Source: an uncultured Bdellovibrionales bacterium (GTDB lineage: Bacteria > Patescibacteriota > Minisyncoccia > Moranbacterales > UBA1568). From it: a DNA stretch of 64,000 nucleotides. Below, piece by piece: positions 26,814 to 36,755 of this stretch. How positions within the stretch are numbered: position 1 is the stretch's first letter; every line of letters starts with the position of its first letter. Where the stretch lies: NCBI GenBank assembly GCA_964436855.1, contig CAYTED010000004.1, positions 67,627-131,626 of the forward strand, in the 5' to 3' direction. Under the pieces are notes generated by a model. That model was not told where the DNA came from. It did no database searches and saw only the letters and a list, made by a program, of their open reading frames with translations. The translations under genes were made by a program, and so were the position numbers.

Positions 26814-28406
26814 ATGCAAAAATTCTGGTACGATCTTCTCTCTCCAAAGCGATTCGTTTTCTTTCTTGCGCTCATTCTCGTTCTCGCATTTTTCCTCCGC
26901 ACCTGGAATATCGACGACATTCCGGGCGGACTCTACCCCGACGAGGCGATGAACGGTACGAACGCAATCGAAGCAAACGAAACAGGGCACTACAAACTTT
27001 TTTACGAAGACAATTTCGGTCGCGAGGGACTCTTTATTAATCTGCAGGCGCTCGCGATCAAATATCTCGGTGTAAACATTCCCGCGCTCAAACTCTGGTC
27101 GGCGATTTTCGGTACACTTGCCGCGCTCGGCATCGGACTTCTCGCGCTCGAACTCTTCGGCCGACGTTCTGCCGCGCTCGCCGCCGCCTTTATCACCACC
27201 ACCTCATACTGGGCGATCAATTTTTCCCGAATGGGATTCCGCGCGATCATGGTAACCGCACTCCTTTCATTTTCCTTTTATTTTTTCTTCCGCGGACTCC
27301 GTACGGAACGCAAGTGTTCTTTTTTCTTCGCCGGAGCACTTCTTGGTCTCGGTCTTCATACCTATATCGCCTTCCGACTCGCGCCGGGCATACTCATCCT
27401 CCTTCTTCCCTTTCTCCTCCTCTCTTACGAAAATTTTCTCAAACGATTTTGGAAACACGCGTTCGTATTCGTCTTTGGCGCCTTTCTCACCGCCGCGCCG
27501 ATGTTTTATGATTTCTCTCAAAATCCACATCACTTCGCTTCTCGCTCCGACGATGTCTCGATTTTCTCCGAAAAGGTGAACAAGGGCGACCTTTGGGGAA
27601 CATTCGGAAAAACCTTCGGCCTCTCGCTCATCAAATACAATTTTGTGGGCGATCAAAACTTCCGACACAACTATCCGCCCTATCCGATCCTCGACCCGAT
27701 CATCGGCACGTTTTTCCTCGCCGGCTTTCTCTGGATTCTTGTCGACACCATCAAACTCTTCGGTCTCCGACTCCGAAACAAAGAACGCCACCCGAAACTT
27801 GCCATCAATGCCTTTCTTTTCATCTCTTTCTTTGTCATGCTTGCGCCGGAGTACCTTACCAATGAAGGACTTCCGCACGCTCTCCGCGCGATCGGCACGC
27901 AAGTCTCGGTGTTTCTCTTTGCTTCTTTTCCGATCGCATTTCTCTTCAATCGCGCGCTGCACGCGCAAGCGGTCGGGCGATCCCTTTTTCTCTCGCTTTT
28001 CTTCCTGACCCTCATAACAAGCGGCCTCTGGAATGGTGTAAAATATTTTTATTTCTTCGCAAATCATCCGAAACAATACGAATCATTCGCCGCGAGATTC
28101 CGCAGTATGTCGCTCTATCTGAATTCCCTTCCGGAAAATACGCATAAATATTTGTACGCGAATACCGGATACATCGACCTCCAGGCCATCCTCTTTCAAA
28201 CTTCCGGTCGCGTAAAAAACTTTCAAGTCCTGCAGCCCGACACGAAAATCGAACGCCCGGCCGTTATCCTACAAATGCGCTATGATGACCGCGTCTTCGA
28301 AAACATCAAACAGCGCACTCCGAATGCAATTGTACGACAAGCCGACCCGCTGCAAAAACCCGGAACAAACTTTCTCGTCATCGAAATTCCGGACGAGAAA
28401 AAATAG
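26814..28406 (+). CDS. GT-C fold glycosyltransferase, PMT/ArnT (GT39/GT83) family
   Basis: About 12 TM helices, a first-loop GLYPDEAMNGTNA (DE motif), and overall PMT_2 / ArnT-like architecture. An extended -10 promoter (TGaTATAAT) lies upstream at about 26778-26790. Confidence 0.65.
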   Translation: MQKFWYDLLSPKRFVFFLALILVLAFFLRTWNIDDIPGGLYPDEAMNGTNAIEANETGHYKLFYEDNFGREGLFINLQALAIKYLGVNIPALKLWSAIFGTLAALGIGLLALELFGRRSAALAAAFITTTSYWAINFSRMGFRAIMVTALLSFSFYFFFRGLRTERKCSFFFAGALLGLGLHTYIAFRLAPGILILLLPFLLLSYENFLKRFWKHAFVFVFGAFLTAAPMFYDFSQNPHHFASRSDDVSIFSEKVNKGDLWGTFGKTFGLSLIKYNFVGDQNFRHNYPPYPILDPIIGTFFLAGFLWILVDTIKLFGLRLRNKERHPKLAINAFLFISFFVMLAPEYLTNEGLPHALRAIGTQVSVFLFASFPIAFLFNRALHAQAVGRSLFLSLFFLTLITSGLWNGVKYFYFFANHPKQYESFAARFRSMSLYLNSLPENTHKYLYANTGYIDLQAILFQTSGRVKNFQVLQPDTKIERPAVILQMRYDDRVFENIKQRTPNAIVRQADPLQKPGTNFLVIEIPDEKK

Positions 28407-28550
28407 AAATCGCTGCAGTTTCTTTTGTAAATATTCAAAACGGATTGGACAGAATTTTTTCTCGACAACGAGTCGGGGAATGACCAAAGGAAATGCGATC
28501 AAAACAAAGAGATTGGAAAATCACTAAAATTTATAATAAGAAAACACTCT

Positions 28551-30536
28551 ATGCGCCACTTCCTCGACCCGATTAAGAAAAATGCCGCGCTTGCGGTGTT
28601 CGCGCTCCTCGCCGTTTTTGTTCTCCTTTCGCTTACTGGCGCACGAAACGATTCCGCCACATTCGATGAGCGTGCTCATATTCCCGCTGCCTATAGCTAT
28701 GTCCGCTACAGCGATATGCGACTCAATCCGGAGCATCCGCCACTTTTAAAAGACTTAGCCGGTCTTCCGCTTCTTCTCCTTGATTTGAAATTCCCCATTG
28801 AAAGCGAACTTTGGACGAAAGGCGTGAACGAACAATGGAATCTCGGAACACTCTTTCTCTATCGAATCGGGAACAATCCAAACGACATTCTCTTTTTCTC
28901 CCGACTCCCCATTATTCTCATCGGTCTTCTTCTCGGATACTTTCTGTATCGGTGGGGTAAAGAACTCTCCGGAACGCTCACTGGTATTTTTGCGGTCGCG
29001 CTCTTTGCGCTTGATCCGAATATGATCGCGCACGGTCATTATGTAACAACCGATCTCGGCATCGCCGCGGCGATTTTCATCGCCACGTATTTTTTCGTCC
29101 GATTCCTTAAAAATCCCTCACCGAAAAATATCATCGTCGCCGGTATCGCGCTCTCGCTCGCCCAACTCACCAAATTTTCCGCCGTTCTCCTCTTTCCGCT
29201 TTTCGGACTCATTCTCTTTGTGTACGCAATCGTCAGATACGAACACGACGACAAAACGCCGACCTTGAAAGAAAAATTGATATGCGTACGACAATGGATC
29301 GCCCGATATATCCAAATTGTTATCATCGCTTTCATCGGCATTTATATCGTCTACGCGGCGAATACCTGGAATATGCCGGCTGAAAAAACGATTGAAAACG
29401 CCGCCATTGTGTTCTCCGGTCCCGCGCCCGCAAAAGTCTTCGCCAGAGAAACAATCGGAGCGATGTCTTCCGTTCCGGTCCTGAAGCCACTCTCGCATTA
29501 CTTTCTCGGCGTCTTTATGGTTTTCTCTCGCGTCGCTGGCGGGAACACGTTTTACTTCGACAACCCATTCTTTCATGACACCTCGCGCCCGCTTGTCGCA
29601 AATATCGCCTCTCCGTGGTATTTTCCGGCGGTTTTCCTGATGAAAGAGGCCCTCCCGTTTCTTTTTCTCTTGTTTCTTTCCGGTTGTTACGCGTTCTACC
29701 GAATCATCCGAGCCTTCGCGGAGAAAAAAACACTCGCCGCGCGCGCTCACCTCATCGCCGAAAGTTTCCGCACACGCATCGCCCAGTGGACCATACTCGC
29801 ATTCGTCGCACTCTATACCTACCTCTCCATTACCGGAAACTTAAATATCGGTCTCCGGCACCTTTTCCCCATTCTCCCTCTCCTCTATCTTCTTGTCGCG
29901 AAAACCGTTGCCGACTTCATCACGCGACGCATCGAACACGAAAATCGTCTCACTGGCTATCGTTCCAACCTTCACCGCATCCTCTTCACTACGCTCGGGT
30001 TTGGCTTTTTCTCGTGGATGGTGTTTATCCCAGTTGCAGCATCGCCAAACTTCCTCTCGTATTTCAATGAAACCGTTGGATCGAAAAATGGGTATTGGTA
30101 CGTGACAGATTCCAATTACGACTGGGGACAAGATCTCAAGCGAGTGAAAGAATTCGTCGAACGGTACAACGCCTGCGTATCACAGGCACGATCAATGTCA
30201 GACTGTCTTGGTCGCAGATTTTCCGCAACCCCCGCGCTTAATTCAATCGGACGATCTCCTATCGATACAATCCGTGTCGATTATTTCGGCGGCTCCGAAT
30301 CCGATATCGCGGTCGGCGCATATCTGAAGCCTTGGAATGCCGGTCTTGATCCGGAAGTTGGATGGTATGCTATATCGGCCACTTTCTATCAGGAAAGTAT
30401 TTACAAAAACATCCTCCCGACCGAAAAAACCTATCGCGACTGGATCCTCCCATTCAAACCGGTCGCTCGCGCCGGAGAGTCCATTCTCATCTTCCATATT
30501 TCAGAAGACGATCTTCAGATGATACGAGAGCGATAG
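28551..30536 (+). CDS. GT-C fold glycosyltransferase, PMT/ArnT family (paralog)
   Basis: Multi-TM protein, DERAHIPAAYSY first-loop motif, and a large C-terminal extracytoplasmic domain. Tandem with the previous gene. Confidence 0.65.
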   Translation: MRHFLDPIKKNAALAVFALLAVFVLLSLTGARNDSATFDERAHIPAAYSYVRYSDMRLNPEHPPLLKDLAGLPLLLLDLKFPIESELWTKGVNEQWNLGTLFLYRIGNNPNDILFFSRLPIILIGLLLGYFLYRWGKELSGTLTGIFAVALFALDPNMIAHGHYVTTDLGIAAAIFIATYFFVRFLKNPSPKNIIVAGIALSLAQLTKFSAVLLFPLFGLILFVYAIVRYEHDDKTPTLKEKLICVRQWIARYIQIVIIAFIGIYIVYAANTWNMPAEKTIENAAIVFSGPAPAKVFARETIGAMSSVPVLKPLSHYFLGVFMVFSRVAGGNTFYFDNPFFHDTSRPLVANIASPWYFPAVFLMKEALPFLFLLFLSGCYAFYRIIRAFAEKKTLAARAHLIAESFRTRIAQWTILAFVALYTYLSITGNLNIGLRHLFPILPLLYLLVAKTVADFITRRIEHENRLTGYRSNLHRILFTTLGFGFFSWMVFIPVAASPNFLSYFNETVGSKNGYWYVTDSNYDWGQDLKRVKEFVERYNACVSQARSMSDCLGRRFSATPALNSIGRSPIDTIRVDYFGGSESDIAVGAYLKPWNAGLDPEVGWYAISATFYQESIYKNILPTEKTYRDWILPFKPVARAGESILIFHISEDDLQMIRER

Positions 30537-30604
30537 AATTTGATCGCAAGAAGCAAGAAAAAACGCCGCAAAAAGCGACGTTTTTTTCTTTCAAGAATCG
30601 GCAC

Positions 30605-31315
30605 TTATTGTTTTTCAAATCCTCCCGATTGAAAATATTTCGCGAGAAGAAAAAATGCCGGCGGAAAGGTTATACCCCATACGGGGGCAAAAAGAAACCA
30701 GAGCTGCGGAAAGAGCGGCGAGAGAGCAATCACGAGAAAAAGCGGCGCCTGTGCAAAAAACAATCGGCGCATCCATATCGAAATTATATTTTTTTTCTGA
30801 ATCGCAAAACCCAAGAAAAACGCCGAGAGGGAAAGGAAGCTGCTCCCCAAAAATTCAATCGCGTACAAATATTTCCCCGGTCGGAAGAGAAAACACTCCA
30901 GTCCCGCCTGTGGAGCCTGCAAGCCGAGCTGTTGCGGCAAAACATTGATTAGCTGCCCAAAAAACACGAATGACTCCAGCGTTACGGAAACAAGCGCGAT
31001 GGAAAATGCGAGCATACTCGCAAACCGCGCTTTCCCGGTCGTCGCGAGTACCACGCAAAGTATGGCCGCAAGAAGAAAATACGGTACGAAAAAATTCAAG
31101 AGAAACGGTATAAATAAACTCTTCGTATCGGGAAAACTCTGAAGAGAAAAATCTCCGGAAATATACATAAGCGATCCGAGAGACACGGAAAGGCCGATCG
31201 AAAGAACGACCACGGAAAGAGCCGCGACATTTCCGTACATTCGCAAAAAATTTTTTTCACCCCTGATAGAAACGACTGTGTTTGTGTTCATATTTGTGTT
31301 CATATAGGAAATCAT
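30605..31315 (-). CDS. Hypothetical polytopic membrane protein
   Basis: ORF track to 31354. The ATG at 31315 has SD GGGAAAGG. N-terminal MNTNMNTNT is encoded by a short DNA tandem repeat. At least 6 TM helices. Confidence 0.45.
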   Translation of the reverse strand: MISYMNTNMNTNTVVSIRGEKNFLRMYGNVAALSVVVLSIGLSVSLGSLMYISGDFSLQSFPDTKSLFIPFLLNFFVPYFLLAAILCVVLATTGKARFASMLAFSIALVSVTLESFVFFGQLINVLPQQLGLQAPQAGLECFLFRPGKYLYAIEFLGSSFLSLSAFFLGFAIQKKNIISIWMRRLFFAQAPLFLVIALSPLFPQLWFLFAPVWGITFPPAFFLLAKYFQSGGFEKQ

Positions 31316-31360
31316 ATCCTTTCCCGAACAGAAAAACAACCGACAAAAAAACAAAAGGAC

Positions 31361-32293
31361 TCATTTTTTTTCCGATTCGTCGGTGTTTGCGTCTTTTTCT
31401 CGCAAAGAATAGTACGCCTTTCCATTTATGCGCAGATCGATACGGGATAATTCTTTTCTCTCATCCGAAGACATCCCCTTCTCAAGCGAAAGCGCGAGCG
31501 TTTCAATCACTGATTCCGGCCGAAATGACGTATCGAGAAGAATATCCCATCCCTCGCTCGTTCGAAGCCGAACTTCGTGAGACGATTCATACGAAACCGC
31601 GATAGTTCTCTCAAGCGAAATATCGAATCGGTCCCGAAATTCGGATAAAAATTGCAACAAAAACCGCACCGATTCCGGGTTCATAACCACTTGGTCGATT
31701 GCCTGTTCTTGTCCGGTTTCGCTCGAAAGGACAAACATATTCCGGTCATTCCATACCGCGCCGATATTCGGATGCGAACGCGTCATTCCATTTGGAAGAA
31801 GCACCCTCTCCAATTCTCCCGTCTTCCAGAGAAGCAACGTGTCAAATTCCGAAACAACAACCGTAACACGCGAGGGAAACACTTTTTTCACTTCCGCCGA
31901 CTGAATCCATGGGGACAGATTTTCGATCTCGCCCGCAAGCGCCGAGGCATCGAGCGTAAAGTAATCGTCATTCCGAAAGAAAAACATCCGACGACCGGAG
32001 GCAAATTGTTCCCATATCGGTACGAATCGCTCTTCCGGTATCAGGTTCATTCCCGTAAAGGAAATGGTTTCTATTTTCGTAAACGATGAAAAGAAGACGA
32101 CATATCCCAGCAAGAAAAAAAATCCCATCCAAAGAAACCCGGCGAGATACTTTCCAAAAGAAAATTTTTTCTTCCTGCGATTTTCTTCGCGTTTCCGATC
32201 GGTCGATCGCGCCGCATCAAGCTTCGAAAACGGAGCGATAACCGGTTTTTCATTGTTTCGAACTCGGAAAAGAGCCATATATTTGTGTTTCAA
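31361..32293 (-). CDS. FtsQ/DivIB-like cell division protein (TM plus POTRA-like domain)
   Basis: N-terminal TM (AGFLWMGFFFLLGYVVFF) followed by IETISFTGMNLIPEERF (POTRA-like). Overlaps the holB stop. Confidence 0.45.
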   Translation of the reverse strand: MKHKYMALFRVRNNEKPVIAPFSKLDAARSTDRKREENRRKKKFSFGKYLAGFLWMGFFFLLGYVVFFSSFTKIETISFTGMNLIPEERFVPIWEQFASGRRMFFFRNDDYFTLDASALAGEIENLSPWIQSAEVKKVFPSRVTVVVSEFDTLLLWKTGELERVLLPNGMTRSHPNIGAVWNDRNMFVLSSETGQEQAIDQVVMNPESVRFLLQFLSEFRDRFDISLERTIAVSYESSHEVRLRTSEGWDILLDTSFRPESVIETLALSLEKGMSSDERKELSRIDLRINGKAYYSLREKDANTDESEKK

Positions 32294-33243
32294 ATTGCCT
32301 CGGACAGAAAAAGACTGTCGAGAAGAAGCCGCGCGCCGGCATTGGTTTCCTGAAGCGTCTTCTTCACGCGAGAAACTTGTTCGAGAAGTAAATATCTCTT
32401 CCGAAGAACCGCTTCATCGGAAGATGCCTTCATATGTTCGCGCATACCGATAATCCACCAATCAAAAAGTTCGATCGCTTCGGGAACATTCCGTGAAAAT
32501 CGCTCCGAAAGATCGATCCTCTCTCGGATGGAAAGCGAGGCAATTCGAAAAAGAGAACGCAGCGTTTCTTTCCGTTCCGAAAAACGATCCGGGTTTTGAA
32601 GTGCTTCGATCACAAGACCCGGGCGGCCGAGTGAAGAAAAAAACGCTTCAACAGAAGGAGCGGAGGGAAAAAGCTGTCGTATCCCCGCTTCCACTTCTTT
32701 CGTGGCGACCGGGCCAAAAACAATGCGCTCCATACGCGAACGAACCGTCGGGAGAAGCTTGTCCGGCTCGCTTGTGACAAAAAGAATGACTCCGGTATCG
32801 GACGGTTCTTCCAGTGTTTTCAAAATGGCGTTCTGCGCCGGCTCAAGAAGTTTCTCCGCATCTCGGACAATCGCCACCCGAAACCTCCCTCGCGCTGGAT
32901 ACTGGGAGAGAAAGAGTCGAAGATCCCGAACGGACTCGACCGGTATTGATTTTTCCCTTATCACGCCTTTTTTTTCTTCACGTTCCGGTTCTAGCAAAAA
33001 AATATCCGAAACATCTTCCGTTTCGCCGTCGTCACGACCGCACAGAAGCCTCGCAAATTCCTGCGCAACAAGAAATTTCCCGATTCGATCCGGCCCGGAA
33101 AAAATATACGCGTGATTCGGCGCGCCACTTTTTGCTCTGGTTGCAAGGAAATTTCGTTGTTGTGCGTGACCGATAATGTACATACGAGAATCAAGAATAT
33201 TCGTACTCGGATACTTCAAAAAGAATGATTCAAAATTCATCAT
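32290..33243 (-). CDS. holB: DNA polymerase III delta-prime subunit
   Basis: Walker-A-like HAYIFSGPDRIGK, TLEEPS and TVRSRMERI motifs of the clamp-loader delta-prime. Confidence 0.75.
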   Translation of the reverse strand: MMNFESFFLKYPSTNILDSRMYIIGHAQQRNFLATRAKSGAPNHAYIFSGPDRIGKFLVAQEFARLLCGRDDGETEDVSDIFLLEPEREEKKGVIREKSIPVESVRDLRLFLSQYPARGRFRVAIVRDAEKLLEPAQNAILKTLEEPSDTGVILFVTSEPDKLLPTVRSRMERIVFGPVATKEVEAGIRQLFPSAPSVEAFFSSLGRPGLVIEALQNPDRFSERKETLRSLFRIASLSIRERIDLSERFSRNVPEAIELFDWWIIGMREHMKASSDEAVLRKRYLLLEQVSRVKKTLQETNAGARLLLDSLFLSEAI

Positions 33244-34355
33244 TCCTGATTTACGAGCATGTGTATTTCTCTTCGAAATCGCTCTTCCGAAAATTGCGCC
33301 GCGGCCCGCTTCATCTCCGCTTCATTATATTCCCCCTCATTCGCGAGAAACCGACGCACGCCATCCGAAAGAATTTCCGTCGTCTGCGCAAAAAAGAACT
33401 CTCCTGTTTTCCCCGGTTCAACGATTTCCTTTGCGCCGCCTTCACTATAGGCAATAACCGGCGTTCCGAATGAAAGCGCCTCTGTGATCGCAAGGCCGAA
33501 ATCCTCCTCCGCCGGATGAATCAATGCCCGCGCCTCGCGGTATCGTTTGGCCAACATTTCCTCTGACTGCCAACCGATACATCGAACGGTTTTCCCCGCT
33601 TTTTTCTCGAGTCGTTTTCGATCCGGACCAATACCAACAATGACAAGCGGGAGTTCAAGTTTATTCATCGCTTCAATCGCAATATCGATTCGTTTCGCTT
33701 CGGTCAATCGCGATACGATAAGAAAATATTGTTTTCTCTCTTTTTTTTCTTCATCATCTCCCCTTCCTATTTGTTTTACGGCCGGGTATACCACCTTCGC
33801 TTCGCCCCGATAGTATTTCCGAATCCGTTCCGCCGTGTACCGCGAATTTGCCACCAACACATCCGGTCGGTCCGCCGCTTGTTTGTCCCACACGCGAAGA
33901 TACGAAAGAAACAGACGGCCAACGGTTCGCAGTCCGAACGGCAATCGAAGCGCCGCGAAGTACCGCTCATTTTCATCCCATACATATCGCATCGGCGAAT
34001 GAAGATACGCGATATGTTTCGTATGAAGTCGCGTGACCACTCCTTTCGACCACGCGCCCGATGACGAAATCACCGTATCAAATTCCCGCAGATCAAGCGA
34101 TTCGATTGCCGAGGGATAAAACGGGAGAAGCAGTCGATACCGCTTCCGGAGCCATTTCGGAAATTTCTGAACATATGACGTGCGAATATCGCAATTCGGA
34201 AAATGCCGCTTCACGACATTCGAATCGGAAAGCAAGGTATACACCGGCGCCTCGGGATACATTCGTATAAAATCCTGAAGCACTCGCTCGGCACCACCAT
34301 ACGAGACAAGAAAGTCGTGAACGATTGCAATATTTTGTTTATTTCCCTCTTTCAT
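33240..34355 (-). CDS. Glycosyltransferase family 4 (GT-B)
   Basis: C-terminal EDFGLAITEALSFGTPVIAYSEGGAKEIV (E-x7-E region). ORF track to 34400. Start set at the ATGA overlap with the upstream stop. Confidence 0.7.
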   Translation of the reverse strand: MKEGNKQNIAIVHDFLVSYGGAERVLQDFIRMYPEAPVYTLLSDSNVVKRHFPNCDIRTSYVQKFPKWLRKRYRLLLPFYPSAIESLDLREFDTVISSSGAWSKGVVTRLHTKHIAYLHSPMRYVWDENERYFAALRLPFGLRTVGRLFLSYLRVWDKQAADRPDVLVANSRYTAERIRKYYRGEAKVVYPAVKQIGRGDDEEKKERKQYFLIVSRLTEAKRIDIAIEAMNKLELPLVIVGIGPDRKRLEKKAGKTVRCIGWQSEEMLAKRYREARALIHPAEEDFGLAITEALSFGTPVIAYSEGGAKEIVEPGKTGEFFFAQTTEILSDGVRRFLANEGEYNEAEMKRAAAQFSEERFRREIHMLVNQE

Positions 34356-35527
34356 CGCTCTTTCAAAAGAAATGTAATTTCCCGCGCGCACTTCCCCCAC
34401 GAAAACCGACCCCTATTCTTCAGCCCTTTCTGCAGTATATCATCCCGAAAATCCTTTTCCTGCAGTACTCTTCGGATTCCTTCCGCAATCGAACGTGCAT
34501 CAAACGGATCCGCATACACCGCACCATCCCCACCCACCTCCGGAAGCGACGAAGTTTTTGACGTTACGATCGGCACTGCAACCGACTGCGCCTCAAGCAC
34601 CGGAATACCGAATCCCTCATAGAGCGATGGAAACAGAAACACCTCGGCATTTTTTAGAAGCTCCCACTTTTCTTCTTCCGTCACATAACCAAGTTCAATG
34701 ATATCGTTTTGATTCCTGATTCTTGATTCCTGATTCTTGATTCTTTCGTATCCATACCCCGGCTTTCCCGCAAGCACCAACCGGTGCGGAATGTGGTGTT
34801 TTTCTTTCAATATTTCAAACGCCTCAATAATTCGCCCGACATTTTTCCGTTCCTCAATCCGCCCGATAAAGAGCAGGAATTTTGAATTTTGAATTTTGAA
34901 TTTCGATTGAATGTTTAATTCTGAAATTTCTGAATTCTGATTTGATTCGAAATTCGAAATTCGAAATTCGAAATTATTATTATACCCTTCATACACCACC
35001 CGTATCTTCTCCTCCGCTACACCATACAACCGCATCAAATCCGATTTTGTATTCTCCGACACCGCGATAATCCTTTCCGCCCATCGGCATGAAAACCAAA
35101 TCGAGAGTCGCATATACCACCGCTCCCACAGGGAATATGCCTCCGGACAAAACTCATACTCAAGTCCGTGAACCGTGACTATCGTCCGGCGCGGATGAAC
35201 AAGCGGCACCGTATGCGCCGGCACAAACAAAACATCGGGTCTGTGAACAAGCATTTCAAGCGACAATCGAAACTGCGTCCAAAATCGCGGCGCCCACAAC
35301 CCTCTCACTTGCCAATGCTCCGGCAATTCAAAATCAATCTCCGGAAGGATTGTTTTAGGTTGCACGTTTTGTATGATAAATTTTTTCCTCACATACAAAA
35401 CCACCTGTTCATCTTTCAGTTCCTTGCGCAGATGTTTGATGACTTGATAACTATATTCCTCAATTCCTGTTCGTTTTTTCAAAAACGCACGCGACGCATC
35501 GATGCCAATGATCATATCAAAATGCAA
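34352..35527 (-). CDS. Glycosyltransferase family 4 (GT-B) with in-frame low-complexity tandem-repeat insertions
   Basis: LFPSLYEGFGIPVLEAQSVAVPIVTS GT4 motif. Inter-domain insertions NNNFEFRISNFESNQNSEISELNIQSKFKIQNSKF and IKNQESRIRNQN are encoded by DNA microsatellites. Confidence 0.7.
   Translation of the reverse strand: MHFDMIIGIDASRAFLKKRTGIEEYSYQVIKHLRKELKDEQVVLYVRKKFIIQNVQPKTILPEIDFELPEHWQVRGLWAPRFWTQFRLSLEMLVHRPDVLFVPAHTVPLVHPRRTIVTVHGLEYEFCPEAYSLWERWYMRLSIWFSCRWAERIIAVSENTKSDLMRLYGVAEEKIRVVYEGYNNNFEFRISNFESNQNSEISELNIQSKFKIQNSKFLLFIGRIEERKNVGRIIEAFEILKEKHHIPHRLVLAGKPGYGYERIKNQESRIRNQNDIIELGYVTEEEKWELLKNAEVFLFPSLYEGFGIPVLEAQSVAVPIVTSKTSSLPEVGGDGAVYADPFDARSIAEGIRRVLQEKDFRDDILQKGLKNRGRFSWGKCAREITFLLKER
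34690..34980. repeat. Cluster of short tandem repeats inside the GT4 gene
   Basis: Units tgattc(c/t)x5 (34711-34743), aattttgx3 (34878-34899) and ttcgaaax4 (34946-34975). AT-rich relative to the flanks. Confidence 0.8.
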
Positions 35528-35529
35528 AT

Positions 35530-35567
35530 ATCAAATATAAAAATTATGGAGTCTCGTTTCACGAGAC
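35530..35567 (-). terminator. Putative rho-independent terminator downstream of mreB (stem GTCTCG/CGAGAC; T-rich tail on the minus strand)
   Basis: Hairpin at 35551-35567. The minus-strand tail is tccataatttttatattt. Confidence 0.4.
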
Positions 35568-35616
35568 ACAACAATTTTTCATTTTGATTTTTTATTTTTT
35601 ATCTTGCTTGGCGAAT

Positions 35617-36630
35617 TTATTTGCCAAGCATAATACTTCGCTTGTAAATCTCGAGATTATCAAGCACAATCCCTGTTCCCTTCGCCACACAAAACGCCGG
35701 ATCGTCGGCAAGATAACACGGCACGCCGATCGTCTTCGCAATGAGCTGATCAAGGTATCGGAGTTGCGCCGTCCCGCCGGAGAGCACCATCCCTTTATCC
35801 ATCACATCGGCCGCAAGTTCGGGCGGCGTCTCTTGCAAAACCTGCTTAATGACATTGATAATTTCCCGCAGTTCATCTTGAATCGCTTCCGTCACTTCAT
35901 TCGAGGAAATGGTAACGGTTCGCGGAAGTCCACCCATAAGATCGCGCCCGCGAATATCCATATGATCTTCTTTGACCTGCACGATCGCAGAACCGATCTG
36001 CATCTTCACTTCTTCCGCCGTCCGATCACCGATCGCAAGCGAGTACTTCCGTTTGATATAATCCGAAATCGCCTGATCTATCCGATTCCCGCCGACGCGC
36101 GCCGATGCCGATGCGACCACGCCACCAAGAGAAATAATGGCGATTTCCGATGTTCCACCGCCGATATTGATAATCATATTGCCCTGCGCCGCATGAATCG
36201 GAATCCCCGCGCCGATCGCCGCAAGAATCGGTTCTTTCACCACATACGCCGCCTTCGCCCCGGCTTTCAGTGCCGCATCGATTACGGCGCGCCGCTCGGT
36301 CGATGTCACACCTGCCGGAATCGAGAGCACCACCTCCGGACGAATGAGCGAAAACCGTCCGCTCACCTTCCCGATAAAATACCGGAGCATCGCTTCCGTC
36401 ACCCGATAATCCGCAATCGCGCCATCCCGAAGCGGCTGACTCGCTGAAATTGTGTCCGGCGTTCGCCCAAGCATTTCTTTCGCCTCATTCCCCACGGCAA
36501 GCACCTTATTCTCAAAGAGAGAAATCGCCACGACCGACGGCTCGTTAATCACCACACCTTTTCCCGGCACAAAAACAAGCGTATTCGCCGTCCCCAGATC
36601 GATCCCGATTTTTTTGACGATCCAACTCAT
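35617..36630 (-). CDS. mreB: Rod shape-determining protein MreB
   Basis: IGIDLGTANTLVF... actin-like ATPase with full-length MreB similarity. Start set at MSWIVKKIGIDLGT (ORF track 36693). Confidence 0.85.
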   Translation of the reverse strand: MSWIVKKIGIDLGTANTLVFVPGKGVVINEPSVVAISLFENKVLAVGNEAKEMLGRTPDTISASQPLRDGAIADYRVTEAMLRYFIGKVSGRFSLIRPEVVLSIPAGVTSTERRAVIDAALKAGAKAAYVVKEPILAAIGAGIPIHAAQGNMIINIGGGTSEIAIISLGGVVASASARVGGNRIDQAISDYIKRKYSLAIGDRTAEEVKMQIGSAIVQVKEDHMDIRGRDLMGGLPRTVTISSNEVTEAIQDELREIINVIKQVLQETPPELAADVMDKGMVLSGGTAQLRYLDQLIAKTIGVPCYLADDPAFCVAKGTGIVLDNLEIYKRSIMLGK

Positions 36631-36636
36631 AACTTC

Positions 36637-36755
36637 GTAAAACACAATTCTCAAAACACAGAAACCAAACAAAGCGCAAATTTCAAAACACAAATCTCAA
36701 TTCCGTGCTTTGTGTGTTGTTTGGCATTTTGTGTTTTTTGTTCTGTGTTTTTATT
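36637..36755. repeat. MITE-like inverted-repeat element, family A, copy 1 (caaaacacagaaaccaaacaaag ... tgtttggcattttgtgtttt)
   Basis: Shares the terminal motif caaaacacagaaaccaaaca with the element at 50345-50485. Intergenic between mreB and murA. Confidence 0.6.

Noticed and set aside
35584-36447. 287-aa plus-strand ORF antisense to mreB
   Set aside because: It has a His/Arg-rich nonsense composition and is antisense to a conserved gene.
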